DNA from: Candidatus Latescibacterota bacterium
GTDB taxonomy: Bacteria > Latescibacterota > UBA2968 > UBA8231
Direction of reading: 5' to 3'
NCBI GenBank assembly: GCA_965223905.1
Contig: CBDCXV010000010.1
Coordinates: 768,001-832,000 of the forward strand
Length of the DNA: 64,000 nt
Within the stretch, counting starts at the first letter, position 1. Each line of letters begins with the position of its first letter. Shown here piece after piece: positions 47,562-57,490 of this stretch. Under the pieces are notes generated by a model. It was not told where the DNA came from, ran no database searches, and saw only the letters and a program-made list of their open reading frames with translations. The position numbers were made by a program, and so were the translations under genes.

Positions 47562-48688
47562 GGGCGTCCTCCGAGCAGATTCTTTTGCCAAAGTTCTCCA
47601 GGTTTGAAGTTGTCGTCGAGCCATGCTTGATAGTCCACCGGATTCAGTTTTCGGAATTCCGTACAACCCTCCAGCAGATCTAGCACGAATATTTCATCGA
47701 GGCCAAAGGCATCAACCAACAAGGGCGACTGAGTTGCTATAATTATCTGCCTTTCCTCGGCGAGGGCCTTTACCATGCCCCCAATCAAGGCGATGGCTGC
47801 CGGATGCAAGCCCAGTTCCGGTTCGTCTAACAAGATTACGTCGGGCAACATCTCCGAGGGCAAATTGAGCAGTGTCACCAAGGCGAAAAAGCGGAGGGAG
47901 CCATCGGACGTGAGGTGGGCGCCAATGGTCTTGTCCGTTCCCTTTGCCTTCCACCTTAGCAAAACTTTTTCGTATCTCTCCTCGATTTGAAAGCAGTCGA
48001 AGACTGGCAAGACTCGACCGATATGCTCGCAGATCAACTCAAACCGCTTGATGTCTTCCTGCTCCAACCGGTACAGCACGGCCGCTAGATTGCCGCCTTG
48101 AGCGCGCAGGTAGCCGTTATCGTCTGCTTCCCATCCCTTTTTTAAATCCGATGTATCCGAGGTGTCGTGGAATTGATAGGCGGCACAATTTCGGAGCAAA
48201 TTCACAATCACCTTGGCGGTTCTAGCATTGACATCCTGAGATACCCCGGATTGAGCTGCCTGAACAATCTCGGCTTCCTGATGCCCACTTCCCAGGTATT
48301 GCCACCGTGCTTTCGTCGGAAAATCGCTGCGGTTGAATCGAAAGCTTTCCTCGCTGAAGAAGAAGCGGTCTGGATGAGCGTGGGAAAGTATGAACCGATA
48401 GTCGTTACTGCCCTCATCGGTACGTAATGTGATTTCCGCCTCTATTCGTGGAGTACGTCGGTTGCCGCCGAACAACTGATCGTCGGCTCCTCCTTGCCTC
48501 TCGACGAACTCGGCAAGTCGCCGGGCCCCGACCATCCAGCTCAGCATCTCGAAGAAGCGAATGAAATTGGACTTGCCCGAGCCGTTGGCGCCAATCAGTA
48601 CCGCCGCCCTGGGGATTTCCAGAAGCTCGACATTCGCCAACGACCGGAAGCCCCGAATACGGATATGGTCTAAGACTGTTTTACTCAT
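47558..48688 (-). CDS. AAA_21/ABC-type ATPase
   Basis: GANGSGKSN, SDGSLRF, LLDEPELGLHP, ATQSP, LWQKNLLGGRP. Confidence 0.88.
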   Translation of the reverse strand: MSKTVLDHIRIRGFRSLANVELLEIPRAAVLIGANGSGKSNFIRFFEMLSWMVGARRLAEFVERQGGADDQLFGGNRRTPRIEAEITLRTDEGSNDYRFILSHAHPDRFFFSEESFRFNRSDFPTKARWQYLGSGHQEAEIVQAAQSGVSQDVNARTAKVIVNLLRNCAAYQFHDTSDTSDLKKGWEADDNGYLRAQGGNLAAVLYRLEQEDIKRFELICEHIGRVLPVFDCFQIEERYEKVLLRWKAKGTDKTIGAHLTSDGSLRFFALVTLLNLPSEMLPDVILLDEPELGLHPAAIALIGGMVKALAEERQIIIATQSPLLVDAFGLDEIFVLDLLEGCTEFRKLNPVDYQAWLDDNFKPGELWQKNLLGGRP

Positions 48689-48731
48689 CGAAATGGTCTC
48701 CCATCTTTACTCATCGAAATGGTCTCCCATC
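48680..48731. repeat. Perfect 2 x 26-bp tandem duplication covering the RBS and start codon of the AAA gene
   Basis: TTTACTCATCGAAATGGTCTCCCATC at 48680-48705 and 48706-48731. Confidence 0.95.
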
Positions 48732-48812
48732 GCGGTGACCGGCACATCAGGCCGGTGGGTATGCAACACAGCTCGTCCGGGCGGAAGGAGATTCCATGCC
48801 AAAGCCCCAGCG

Positions 48813-50495
48813 CTACGCCTCCTCCTCCGTTGGATTGAGCGACTCCGCGATGCGGTCGAGTTTTTCGAGAATCTCCGGGTGGATCTCCTCCGCCATCATC
48901 TCCGCGGCCAACAGGTACAGATCCTTCTTCGGTGTGCCCCTTTCGAGATCCTCCAGCAGCGGAACGAGAAACTCCGTGCTTGCCTTGACGCGTACGAGCG
49001 ATACGTGATCCCCGAAGAGATCGGTCCCCCGGGGCACCTGCGCCCAGAAAGCCTCCTCGATTTGAGATTCGCTCAAGGGAAAATCGACGAATCGCTTGAT
49101 CGCCTCCGGCTGCAGGAGGTAGTTCTCGATCTCGTATCGGCGCCAGCGCAGCACAGCGAGCCCAGCTCCGGTGGTCTCCTCATCCGGCTCGTCTCGATTG
49201 TCTCCATCGAGAAGGCAAAGGCCGCGCAACCCCGGAAATGCCGAACGCATGGCAAAAAAATGTGCCTTCGCTTCCTGCAGGCTCCTGCCGCCGAGCCAGT
49301 GGACAAAGGGACGATCAAAAAAATGTCGCGCAGGATGCTCGAGGATTCCGACCCACTCTTTCAGTATACGCTCGTCCGTCTCGCTCTCGACGTAGAGCAC
49401 CGACCCGGCCTCCCGAGCAAGCAGCAGATCAGTGGTAGTTACTCGCTTGAGCGCTTCGCGTAGCTGGTCGCGCTCGGTCTCGCTCACCAAGGCGCGGAGG
49501 ACTTCCCCGAAAAGGCCGATCACCCGCGCCGGCTCGGTCGCATCGAGAACGACCTCGGAGTGCGTCGCTGCAATCACCTGCCCCCCACGCTCCCGGCCGA
49601 CCTTTCGGACCAAGTCGTACACCTGCTTTTGCAGAATGACGTGTTGGTGCGCGTCCGGCTCGTCGAGGAGGATTACCGTGGCGGGCCTTGCGTACAGGAA
49701 GCCGAAAAGGAGGAGCACCTGGAGGGTCCCGCTCCCTGCATTGGAAAGGTCGAGCGGCCGGGAGCGGCCCGGTTCCCGGTACTCGCATACGATATACGGC
49801 TGGGCCGGCGAGTACGAAGGCTTGAGCAACTCTATCCGAAAGAGGTCCCGGATGTGCCGCGCCAGCGACTGCCAACCCTCTTCACTCTCGCTCTCGGCAA
49901 TCTCCAGCAGGAGATTGCGCAGAATCTCGCCGGGCCGTCCCTGGCCGACGAGCAGATCTTGCATCCCCCGGTCGCGTCGCGGCTCGTCGCGCTCGATTCC
50001 CGAAAGCGGTGGGACATGGACGATGTTCAGCTGCCGAGCTTCTTGGGGCGGGAAATTCCGCAAGGACTCGCGGTCCAGGCTCTTTGCGTCGAAGGGCCGC
50101 GCGTACGCCAGCTCGGGATTGGCATACTGAAGCTCGATTCCGCACGTCCAGGTCTCCTCGTCCGCTTGTCCTTCTACGACGATCTCGATCAGCCGCCGCG
50201 TCCCGGACATGCCGCGGGGACCTGTGACCTTCCGGTCCTCCCAAAGGAGATTCATCTCCCTTAGCGGGACCGCGGTGATGTCGGGGCGCGGGATGGCGAC
50301 ACCTGAACGCTCTACCGCCCTTCCGCCTTCGCGTTGGGCAACCCATCGATCGAGCACGAACTTCCAGAGTACAATCGCCTGGAGCAACGTGGATTTCCCG
50401 GCGTTGTTCGGCCCGGCGAGGACGACCGAGTCCGCCAACTCGAACGCCTGGTCGCGGAACCGCTTGAAGTTCCTGATTTCTACGCGTCTGATCAC
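48813..50495 (-). CDS. ABC/AAA ATPase fused to a TOPRIM-like domain (OLD/PARIS-like architecture)
   Basis: GPNNAGKST, GSG signature, LLDEPDAH, ATHS; C-terminal YVESETD, LLDGD, RYEIENYLL. Confidence 0.8.
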   Translation of the reverse strand: MIRRVEIRNFKRFRDQAFELADSVVLAGPNNAGKSTLLQAIVLWKFVLDRWVAQREGGRAVERSGVAIPRPDITAVPLREMNLLWEDRKVTGPRGMSGTRRLIEIVVEGQADEETWTCGIELQYANPELAYARPFDAKSLDRESLRNFPPQEARQLNIVHVPPLSGIERDEPRRDRGMQDLLVGQGRPGEILRNLLLEIAESESEEGWQSLARHIRDLFRIELLKPSYSPAQPYIVCEYREPGRSRPLDLSNAGSGTLQVLLLFGFLYARPATVILLDEPDAHQHVILQKQVYDLVRKVGRERGGQVIAATHSEVVLDATEPARVIGLFGEVLRALVSETERDQLREALKRVTTTDLLLAREAGSVLYVESETDERILKEWVGILEHPARHFFDRPFVHWLGGRSLQEAKAHFFAMRSAFPGLRGLCLLDGDNRDEPDEETTGAGLAVLRWRRYEIENYLLQPEAIKRFVDFPLSESQIEEAFWAQVPRGTDLFGDHVSLVRVKASTEFLVPLLEDLERGTPKKDLYLLAAEMMAEEIHPEILEKLDRIAESLNPTEEEA

Positions 50496-50497
50496 GG

Positions 50498-53461
50498 TTA
50501 CCGCGGCACCGCCAGCAGCATGGCGTCGAGGAGCCGCTTCTCTTCGCAGCCGCGCGGGTAGAGGGCGGAAAGCGCGTTGGCGAGCCGCAGGAAGCCGGGG
50601 CCGCGCTCCTGCTCGCCGCCGATCAGCGACCGCAGGGCGTTTGCGTGGCCGCTGGACTGGAGCAGCATGGCCTGGTGAATGCGGTCGAGGGTGGTGTCGC
50701 CGGACCCTTCCTCCCCGGCTCCGTATTCGGGCCTCCTCTCCCTCACCAAAAGAGCCGCGTCTTCCGCCCGGTCGGAGAATAGCTCCTGCTGTAGCGGCTC
50801 CCTGCGACCAGCGGACTCCTCCAGCCTCGTGGCGCCGGACGCAGCCCCCTCTTCACCGAAGAGCTTCCTGGCACGTTCCGAAACCGGCAGCAGGCGCACG
50901 ACGCCCTTTTCCTGGCCGATAATGCGGTCGGTCCAGGAGTCGAGGTCGATGCCCATGGGCTGGGCGAAGCGGCGCACCACGTCGAAGGGGAGAGAAAACC
51001 CGGCTGATGCTACCTTGGCGACGGCTTCTTCGTCTGCCTCCTCGTCTTGTTCCTGATTATCTGCAACAGGGGTTGTGCTCTGGAGCGTCCACAGGAAGAG
51101 CGCAGTCAGGCGGGCGTCCTCTTCCAGGGCGCCGGACAGGCCGTTGCGCGCTTGTGCCTCCGCGGTTCCGAGCACCTGTTGCAGCGCCGCACGGCCGACC
51201 ACTTCCCAGACCTTCTCCAGGTACTCGGGGAGGCCGACCGTATGGCCCTCGGCAGTTTCGACGGCGCGGTAGCGGCTGAAGATTTCGAGTGCGGGGCCGA
51301 TGCAGGCGAAGACCAGATCGGCGCCTCGGATGCCTTCGGTCTGCAAGCGCTCGATCCAGTCAGCGACGCGGATCGGCAGTTCGCGCAGGACATCGGCCCA
51401 GTCGCCGATGGGGGCGTCTTCGGGACGTGGGCGGCAGATGAGGTGGACGCTGGTGGTGAGTGCAGCGGAATCGCGGGCGCGCAGGCGCGACGCCATTTCG
51501 GTAGCGATTGGCCAGGAGCCGGTGATGGTCCAGCCGCCGCGAATCATGCCCGAAAGCAGTGCCTCCCAGCCCTCGGTGGTTTTGTGAGCGAAGACCACTG
51601 AGCCGACGCCGTCTTCGCTTAGAATGCGGCGGCCCTCGGTGAAGGCTTTCGCCATGCCATCCTCGAAGAACTGCTTGTCTTTGTGACCGTAGCGATCACG
51701 ATCCCAATGCGCCATCTCGCATAGCTCTGGTCCTTTGGGTGTCAGCGAGTTCTCTGGAAAGCGAGAATTGAGCAGCAGCAAATGTTTAGGAAGGGTTCGT
51801 TTCAGCCAGACATAGAAGAAGTCAGAGAGGTCGGCGTAGGGTACCGCAAAGTAGTAGGGCGGATCGGTGAACCAGACCCCGGCGGTCTGGTCGGGGAGCG
51901 GATGGTCGGTAGCGTCGGCTGATTGGGTCTGACCGGTTGTAGCAAGAGCGCCTTGCAGTTGTAGACACTCGACTGTCTTTGCGCCCCACTCGACGGCGGC
52001 TACGTAATTGCCGGAAGAATCACACCACGGATTCACCTCCGTGTAATCCCAGATCATGGGCAGTGCTTGCCTGCCGTAGGTGTGATTTACTTTCTCGCCT
52101 GTCAAATGCCAAGAGCACAGAGCTGACCAGTAGTCGGTGGATCGGTCCAAAGCTATTGCGAGAAGGTCCCGAAGTGGCACGTTGGTACTTCCCTTGCTTC
52201 GTGTCAGCGCGCCTAGCTCCAATAGTGCCACCTTCTGCCGTGCTGTGAACAAGTCGCCCCATGTGTTCATACCGTACAGCGGTACATTGAAAGTGCCGCT
52301 CATCAGGGGCAACGGCTCATCCGGCACCGGGCAAAGCCCCTGTTTCCCGCCCCGCTCCCATTCATCCAAGACCAGCGCCACTCGCTCCTGAGCCTTTCGC
52401 ACCGCCTCGTAGTCCGCGTCCCTCGGCAGCCGATAGTGCCGCCCCGCCCTCCCAGGCTTGAGCGTCACCACCGCGGTCATCCGCGCCCCGCCCGTCCGCC
52501 GCCCCTCCGCATCGAAAATCACATCCGCGCCGCCGCGCTCGGCCGCAAGCTGCGCCCGCACCCGCTCCGGCGGCAGCACCGCGCCGCAGCACAGACAGGT
52601 CGCCCGCGCTCGCGTCACCGTGCCGCCGTACACCTCTTTTTCCACCTGCGGCTCGAATACCTCAAACTCGACGCCCGGTGGCTCTACCTCGCTGCGCTCG
52701 ACTCGATGCCGCAACGCCCGCTTGCGCTTGGCCTTCTTGCACAGCCAGAACGAACGCATCAGCGGAATCTCCGCGCCGCAGTTGGGCGCTTCGCAGCGCA
52801 CCGTGCGCGCCCACAAATAGGCAATCGGCGTCGCCCCGTCCGGGTCCTTGGGATACAGATCCGCCAACTCCTGCTCCGCCTGCCGCTTGATCTCGTCGCC
52901 GACCCGGCGCAACTCCTCAGCCAGCCCCGACCCGTGCCGCGGAATGTCCTCCAGCATCACTTTGAGAATCAGGCACGCCACCGGATTCAGGTCGCTGGCG
53001 AACGCCTCGCAGCCCAGCCGCAACGCCTCCAGCGGAATCGAGCCCCCGCCCGCAAACGGGTCCACCACGAGGGGCGGTTCTTCGCCATGGGCCGCCTTCA
53101 CCAGGTTGCGCCCCACCCGCAGATAGACCGGATGCGCCGACATGTCCCAGTTAGCGAAGTTGGCGATGAACCAGAGCAACGCCTTGCGCAGGTCTGCGTC
53201 ATCAACCGGCGGCTGGCGCACTTCCCGCAGGATCTCCCGTGCCTGCCGCTTGAATCCCTCCGGGCATTCCGGATCGCAAGGATCCGGCAGCAACAGCGCC
53301 ATCAACACCGCCCGCGACGAAGCCAACGGCCGCCGCGCCCACCACAGGTGCAGCGTGCTCGGATGCCCGTGCCGAATCGACTTCTCCCTCGCCGCGTGCT
53401 TGGAAACCTCGGCAATTGGAAAATCAACTTCGGCGAGACGCTTGCATTCTCTGGGGATCAT
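50498..53461 (-). CDS. DUF1156 family amino-DNA methyltransferase with Zn ribbon
   Basis: LHLWWARRPL, motif I DPFAGGGSIP, CEAPNC/CLCC, motif IV TDPPY. Confidence 0.9.
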   Translation of the reverse strand: MIPRECKRLAEVDFPIAEVSKHAAREKSIRHGHPSTLHLWWARRPLASSRAVLMALLLPDPCDPECPEGFKRQAREILREVRQPPVDDADLRKALLWFIANFANWDMSAHPVYLRVGRNLVKAAHGEEPPLVVDPFAGGGSIPLEALRLGCEAFASDLNPVACLILKVMLEDIPRHGSGLAEELRRVGDEIKRQAEQELADLYPKDPDGATPIAYLWARTVRCEAPNCGAEIPLMRSFWLCKKAKRKRALRHRVERSEVEPPGVEFEVFEPQVEKEVYGGTVTRARATCLCCGAVLPPERVRAQLAAERGGADVIFDAEGRRTGGARMTAVVTLKPGRAGRHYRLPRDADYEAVRKAQERVALVLDEWERGGKQGLCPVPDEPLPLMSGTFNVPLYGMNTWGDLFTARQKVALLELGALTRSKGSTNVPLRDLLAIALDRSTDYWSALCSWHLTGEKVNHTYGRQALPMIWDYTEVNPWCDSSGNYVAAVEWGAKTVECLQLQGALATTGQTQSADATDHPLPDQTAGVWFTDPPYYFAVPYADLSDFFYVWLKRTLPKHLLLLNSRFPENSLTPKGPELCEMAHWDRDRYGHKDKQFFEDGMAKAFTEGRRILSEDGVGSVVFAHKTTEGWEALLSGMIRGGWTITGSWPIATEMASRLRARDSAALTTSVHLICRPRPEDAPIGDWADVLRELPIRVADWIERLQTEGIRGADLVFACIGPALEIFSRYRAVETAEGHTVGLPEYLEKVWEVVGRAALQQVLGTAEAQARNGLSGALEEDARLTALFLWTLQSTTPVADNQEQDEEADEEAVAKVASAGFSLPFDVVRRFAQPMGIDLDSWTDRIIGQEKGVVRLLPVSERARKLFGEEGAASGATRLEESAGRREPLQQELFSDRAEDAALLVRERRPEYGAGEEGSGDTTLDRIHQAMLLQSSGHANALRSLIGGEQERGPGFLRLANALSALYPRGCEEKRLLDAMLLAVPR

Positions 53462-53600
53462 AGTATGCGTTCCTCGGCCCATTGGACGAGCGCTTTGAGA
53501 ATCTCGATGGGTTCCCGGTATCCCCGCTCGTATTCCGAAGTGTAGTCCTTGGAACTCCAAGGGATCCAGTTCCTCAATGCGACTGATTTTTCTTTCTCGT
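53458..53600 (-). pseudogene. 3' remnant of a former gene coupled to the methylase start
   Basis: Protein-like tail (...GYREPIEILKALVQWAEERIL*) whose TGA overlaps the methylase ATG (ATGA); no start of its own. Confidence 0.4.
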
Positions 53601-53611
53601 GCCGTGCATAT

Positions 53612-55918
53612 CTACGAGGCGACATGGTCATGTTCTCCCAAGTAGAGGATGTCGCACCGGATCTCCAACCGCTTCCGCTCGCTGGCTTCCGGCTGGAAGT
53701 CGTTCGCGATTTCATTCGGGACCGGAATGAAGGTTCGATCTTTCGCGAGAATAGTCGAGGTGATCCTAGGCCCACCTCCGGACGCAGAACCAACAAGTCC
53801 AGGACAAAGGATGTCGTAGTAAAGGCCGAAGCGTCTTGAGTGATGCTGGAATATGAAAATGACTTTTCGGCCACCCCAGACCACTTCCGTTGAATGCGGC
53901 TGAAGAAAGAAGTCACCCTTTTCGCGTTGAACTCGGTCACTTAACGAGAGAAAGCAGGTATATCCGTTGACCGGTTTCTCGCCCGTTAGAATACGCGCGC
54001 TCGTCTCCTTCTCCCGACGGTCAATTCCGGGTCTAGCATCAAAGAGGTCTTGAAGGTCTTCTTCAGTAGTCTCTTCTCTAATCTCACTGACAACCGAAGA
54101 AAGTGGTTCCGTGCTCGCACCGCTCACATCAAGGACTGAACGATCCCTATCGATCAGCCGTCGTGCCGCTTCGACATTCGTTAGTCGTCCGGCACGCAAT
54201 TCCTCGAAAATCTCGTCGAGATCGGCTTTGTCATCGAGCTCATATTCAAACAGTTCTCTGTTAGAACGAAGATGCATCAAGAATGCCTCGGCCCCTTCTC
54301 GTGTCCTGCTAGGTACGAGCTTCGCAATTCTTGGAAAGACCACAGATCGAACGAAGTCCTTTACGAAGGGGGCAAACGCGTTGTAGTCATCGCGATAAAG
54401 AACGAGCAATGGAGCGACGCTTGAAGAATCGGGGTCGAGGTAGATTATCACTGGCACTTTGGTATCAGTTATGAGAAGCGGTAGCCCGCCAGAGATGGTC
54501 CCGAAACGGATGTCGACTCCAAGGAAGTAGTCCTCTTCAAGGATCAGGGCCACACGAGTCGCGAGAGCCGAGTGAGCGAAACTCTGACTCGACATCGGGA
54601 GCTCCTGCTTCACCCGAGGGGTAATATCGACCTCTTTGACTCCTTGCGTAGTTAGGTAGCCAAACTCGCAGTTGCGCCGAGGTCCCCGTCGGGAAAGCAC
54701 AATAAGAGGTTCATCCTCGCTAGCGTATGTCTGGATTACCGATTCATCATGCCCACTGTAGTACCGAACACCACTGCGTTTTACTAGCGAAGAGAGTACT
54801 TCGAGTTTTCCGGAAGGTCTGGGTACTACCTCCAGCTTGCCGCAGAGTGCGAACTGTCCTGTTGCGGTAATCCATTGGAGAAAACCATCGTTTGCGAAGG
54901 ATTCGTCATGCTTGGCAGCAAGTGGAGAAATCAGGTTGTCTAGTGCCCAAATAATTTGCTGTAGAAGTTGATTTGAAGAAGCGTCCAGGGCTTCACGGCC
55001 TGCTGTGGGCTTCAGGATCGAGAGATCAACCACCCCGCCCCACTGGTACCCAGACTGCATTGCGACTGTCGAAAGACCGAATCCAGAACGAAGTGTGCGG
55101 ATAGCATTGCGGGCTTGCAGCAAGACGATTGTACCGGGCTTTCCGTGCCCAGTCGCCGACCGGACCTTCTTTAGAACGATGCGGAGTTCGCCCGAAGCCA
55201 TCCCAAGAAGCTCCAGGTCACCGGAAACGATTCCTGCAAGCGATATTCCTTGGCGGTGTTCAGCCCAGGCGTGCCGTCCGGAAGGAAGCGCGGTCCTATG
55301 GCTAGCACCACTGATCATATCGCCGTTGAAAAAGACCGGAATGTCAACGAACTCGACGAACTCGTGCAAATACGCACGCGCTTCCTGAACGGATACCCCA
55401 CTTGTGCGGGAAAAGTGAGCTCGCACTATGGTACCTGGTTCGCCCTTTTGGGGGATTGGTTTGACCGAGATACTCTGTGTTTCCGTTGAAAGTTCTGACT
55501 TCAGCACCGACGACAACGTACGTTCGCCTGTTACCGCCGACTCACTCTCAACCAAAAGTTCATCGGCGACGCCGAAGTTTGCCATCGCCCCGATCCCGAA
55601 CGTGCCCACCACCCCAGCCGCCCGAGCAGCGTCGGTGTTCTTGCCGCTCTTCCCCGCATACCAAAAGTTAGTTTCGATTTCTTTTGGGGTCATCCCGATG
55701 CCGTTATCAGACACGATGATCTGTTCATCATCGACGGTTACTCCGATCCTAGATTCAAACTCATCGCCATGCGCCTCTCTCATGCGGATTGCATCGAATG
55801 CGTTCTGCGTGTTCTCTCGAAGGAGAGCCAGTGGCGACTGGTAAATCTGATCGGCAAGCAATTCAAGAATCCGGGAGAATTCGACCTTGAAGGCGATTCT
55901 CTTCTCAGTTGAATTCAT
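53612..55918 (-). CDS. Hsp90-like (GHKL) ATPase with a long uncharacterised C-terminal region
   Basis: FKVEFSRILELLADQIY, LRENTQNAFDA, DNGIGMT, GKSGK, GTFGIG; lower GC. Confidence 0.85.
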   Translation of the reverse strand: MNSTEKRIAFKVEFSRILELLADQIYQSPLALLRENTQNAFDAIRMREAHGDEFESRIGVTVDDEQIIVSDNGIGMTPKEIETNFWYAGKSGKNTDAARAAGVVGTFGIGAMANFGVADELLVESESAVTGERTLSSVLKSELSTETQSISVKPIPQKGEPGTIVRAHFSRTSGVSVQEARAYLHEFVEFVDIPVFFNGDMISGASHRTALPSGRHAWAEHRQGISLAGIVSGDLELLGMASGELRIVLKKVRSATGHGKPGTIVLLQARNAIRTLRSGFGLSTVAMQSGYQWGGVVDLSILKPTAGREALDASSNQLLQQIIWALDNLISPLAAKHDESFANDGFLQWITATGQFALCGKLEVVPRPSGKLEVLSSLVKRSGVRYYSGHDESVIQTYASEDEPLIVLSRRGPRRNCEFGYLTTQGVKEVDITPRVKQELPMSSQSFAHSALATRVALILEEDYFLGVDIRFGTISGGLPLLITDTKVPVIIYLDPDSSSVAPLLVLYRDDYNAFAPFVKDFVRSVVFPRIAKLVPSRTREGAEAFLMHLRSNRELFEYELDDKADLDEIFEELRAGRLTNVEAARRLIDRDRSVLDVSGASTEPLSSVVSEIREETTEEDLQDLFDARPGIDRREKETSARILTGEKPVNGYTCFLSLSDRVQREKGDFFLQPHSTEVVWGGRKVIFIFQHHSRRFGLYYDILCPGLVGSASGGGPRITSTILAKDRTFIPVPNEIANDFQPEASERKRLEIRCDILYLGEHDHVAS

Positions 55919-57339
55919 GAGATCATCTTTCTAGCGGTAATTGTGGCAGTCAACTCTTCAAACAGAGCACGGTCAACGATTGCCGACGCAGCATTAAGGC
56001 GTACCGCAGCTTGGTCGAATCGACGAGCGTCCAAGAGCAGCGAGGTGACCTTAACAACCTCGTCGACGCTTTGGGGTGGGTCGAGAAGTTTGATCAATTC
56101 CTCCTGCCGTCCCAAACCCTCCAAGGCCCTGATCTTGATCTGGCGTTTTTCATGTGAATGGGACGTGTTAATCTCAGCGAGAAGTTCCAATGCTCTCTCG
56201 TATTGTTCGGTGGCTACCGCCGTCATCGCGTCATCGAGTCGTTGAGTGGGGGTAGGTGGTTTAGGACGTGAAGGCGAAAGTGGGAGGTTTAGCTTGATGA
56301 AGGTCTTACCGCCGAAGTCGTCCCGATGGGCGCCGGTGAAGACGCCCCCTGATGACATCGCTCGTACATGAACGGTGACTGAGTCGCTGTTTGGATCGAT
56401 GACGACGATGTTGAATTGGCGTCGCTCTCCCGTGGGGAGTTCACGGTCGCCCACTGCAATGGATCCCGCACCTACGACTGCCATCGAGGTCAGGTTCGGC
56501 AGACGGAGTTCAAAGGGTGCTGCACCAGGATAATGCTGATGTCCGTGCAGTCCGACGCTGAATCCGAAATCGATAAGTTTGTGGATGACACGTTGGTCCA
56601 TATAATCGTTTACTCGTGGTCCGCCGACAACGCTGTGGTGCCAAACGGCAACGGCAATCGGGGCATTCGAGCCCACAAGTAGTTCCCGCGATGAGGATAG
56701 TGATGCTGAGTCGATCTCCCCCACGTGGCAAAAGCAGTCATTCCCGTGCCAAGAGGCGAATCCCACAATAACGAGACCGAGAGACGGATACTCGAAAAAA
56801 ACGAGGTCACTACCACTATGCGACAATGGACTTGGATCTAACCCTGCATAGAAGTCTGCTCGAAATCGTCGGAAGTGTTTGAGGCGAGATTCATACAGAT
56901 CGCTGTCGCGGATCTCGTAGGCTTTCTGCTCCTTCCAGTTCCAGCGCACCCTTGAATTGGCCTCAAAGGCCTTCCTTGCGATCCCGTCTGGACCCGTTGC
57001 GAGAGGTTTCATCGCGTTTCGGGCGCGGCCCCAGTGAACATCGTGGTTTCCAGGGATGATTACGACGCGCGACAGATCGGCATCGACAAACTCGGCTGCC
57101 AGCCGCTGTAAGAAATCGGAGGTCTCAGAGTATTGGGCTGCGATCTCGGAGTCGGCATTGGGAGTGTCGATACATGCGCCTTGAACTAGGTCACCGCTCA
57201 CCACGACTAGGTCTGGACTCGGGATCCCTTCTCTGTTCCACCGCCATGCGTCGCTCGCGATTGCCGCGAGAAGCTCATTGTTGCTTAAACGAGGCCCCGA
57301 CGTTCGGTGTAGGTCAGAGACGTGAAGGAGAGTAGGCAT
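55915..57339 (-). CDS. Calcineurin-like metallophosphoesterase with a helical (TPR-like) C-terminus
   Basis: HVSDLH, SGDL, PGNHD, WHH, LHGHQH; ATGA overlap with the Hsp90-like gene. Confidence 0.88.
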   Translation of the reverse strand: MPTLLHVSDLHRTSGPRLSNNELLAAIASDAWRWNREGIPSPDLVVVSGDLVQGACIDTPNADSEIAAQYSETSDFLQRLAAEFVDADLSRVVIIPGNHDVHWGRARNAMKPLATGPDGIARKAFEANSRVRWNWKEQKAYEIRDSDLYESRLKHFRRFRADFYAGLDPSPLSHSGSDLVFFEYPSLGLVIVGFASWHGNDCFCHVGEIDSASLSSSRELLVGSNAPIAVAVWHHSVVGGPRVNDYMDQRVIHKLIDFGFSVGLHGHQHYPGAAPFELRLPNLTSMAVVGAGSIAVGDRELPTGERRQFNIVVIDPNSDSVTVHVRAMSSGGVFTGAHRDDFGGKTFIKLNLPLSPSRPKPPTPTQRLDDAMTAVATEQYERALELLAEINTSHSHEKRQIKIRALEGLGRQEELIKLLDPPQSVDEVVKVTSLLLDARRFDQAAVRLNAASAIVDRALFEELTATITARKMIS

Positions 57340-57452
57340 TAATTACGCCTCGCAGGGATTCCGCGTGTAAGCAGATGCTGCATCAGTCCGATCTTTGATA
57401 TGCTGTTGGTTGACGATCAAAGTTTCCGTCTCCTACCGCTAGGTCTCCAGTA

Positions 57453-57479
57453 GCGATGACCTCACCCATAGGTCATCGC
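57453..57479. terminator. 10-bp perfect hairpin between cargo modules
   Basis: GCGATGACCT-CACCCAT-AGGTCATCGC; no clear U-tract. Confidence 0.35.
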
Positions 57480-57490
57480 GCAGAAAGCGC

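Noticed and set aside
57393-57422. Inverted repeat CTTTGAT-N16-ATCAAAG upstream of the phosphoesterase
   Set aside because: Only 7-bp arms and no regulator nearby; could be chance.
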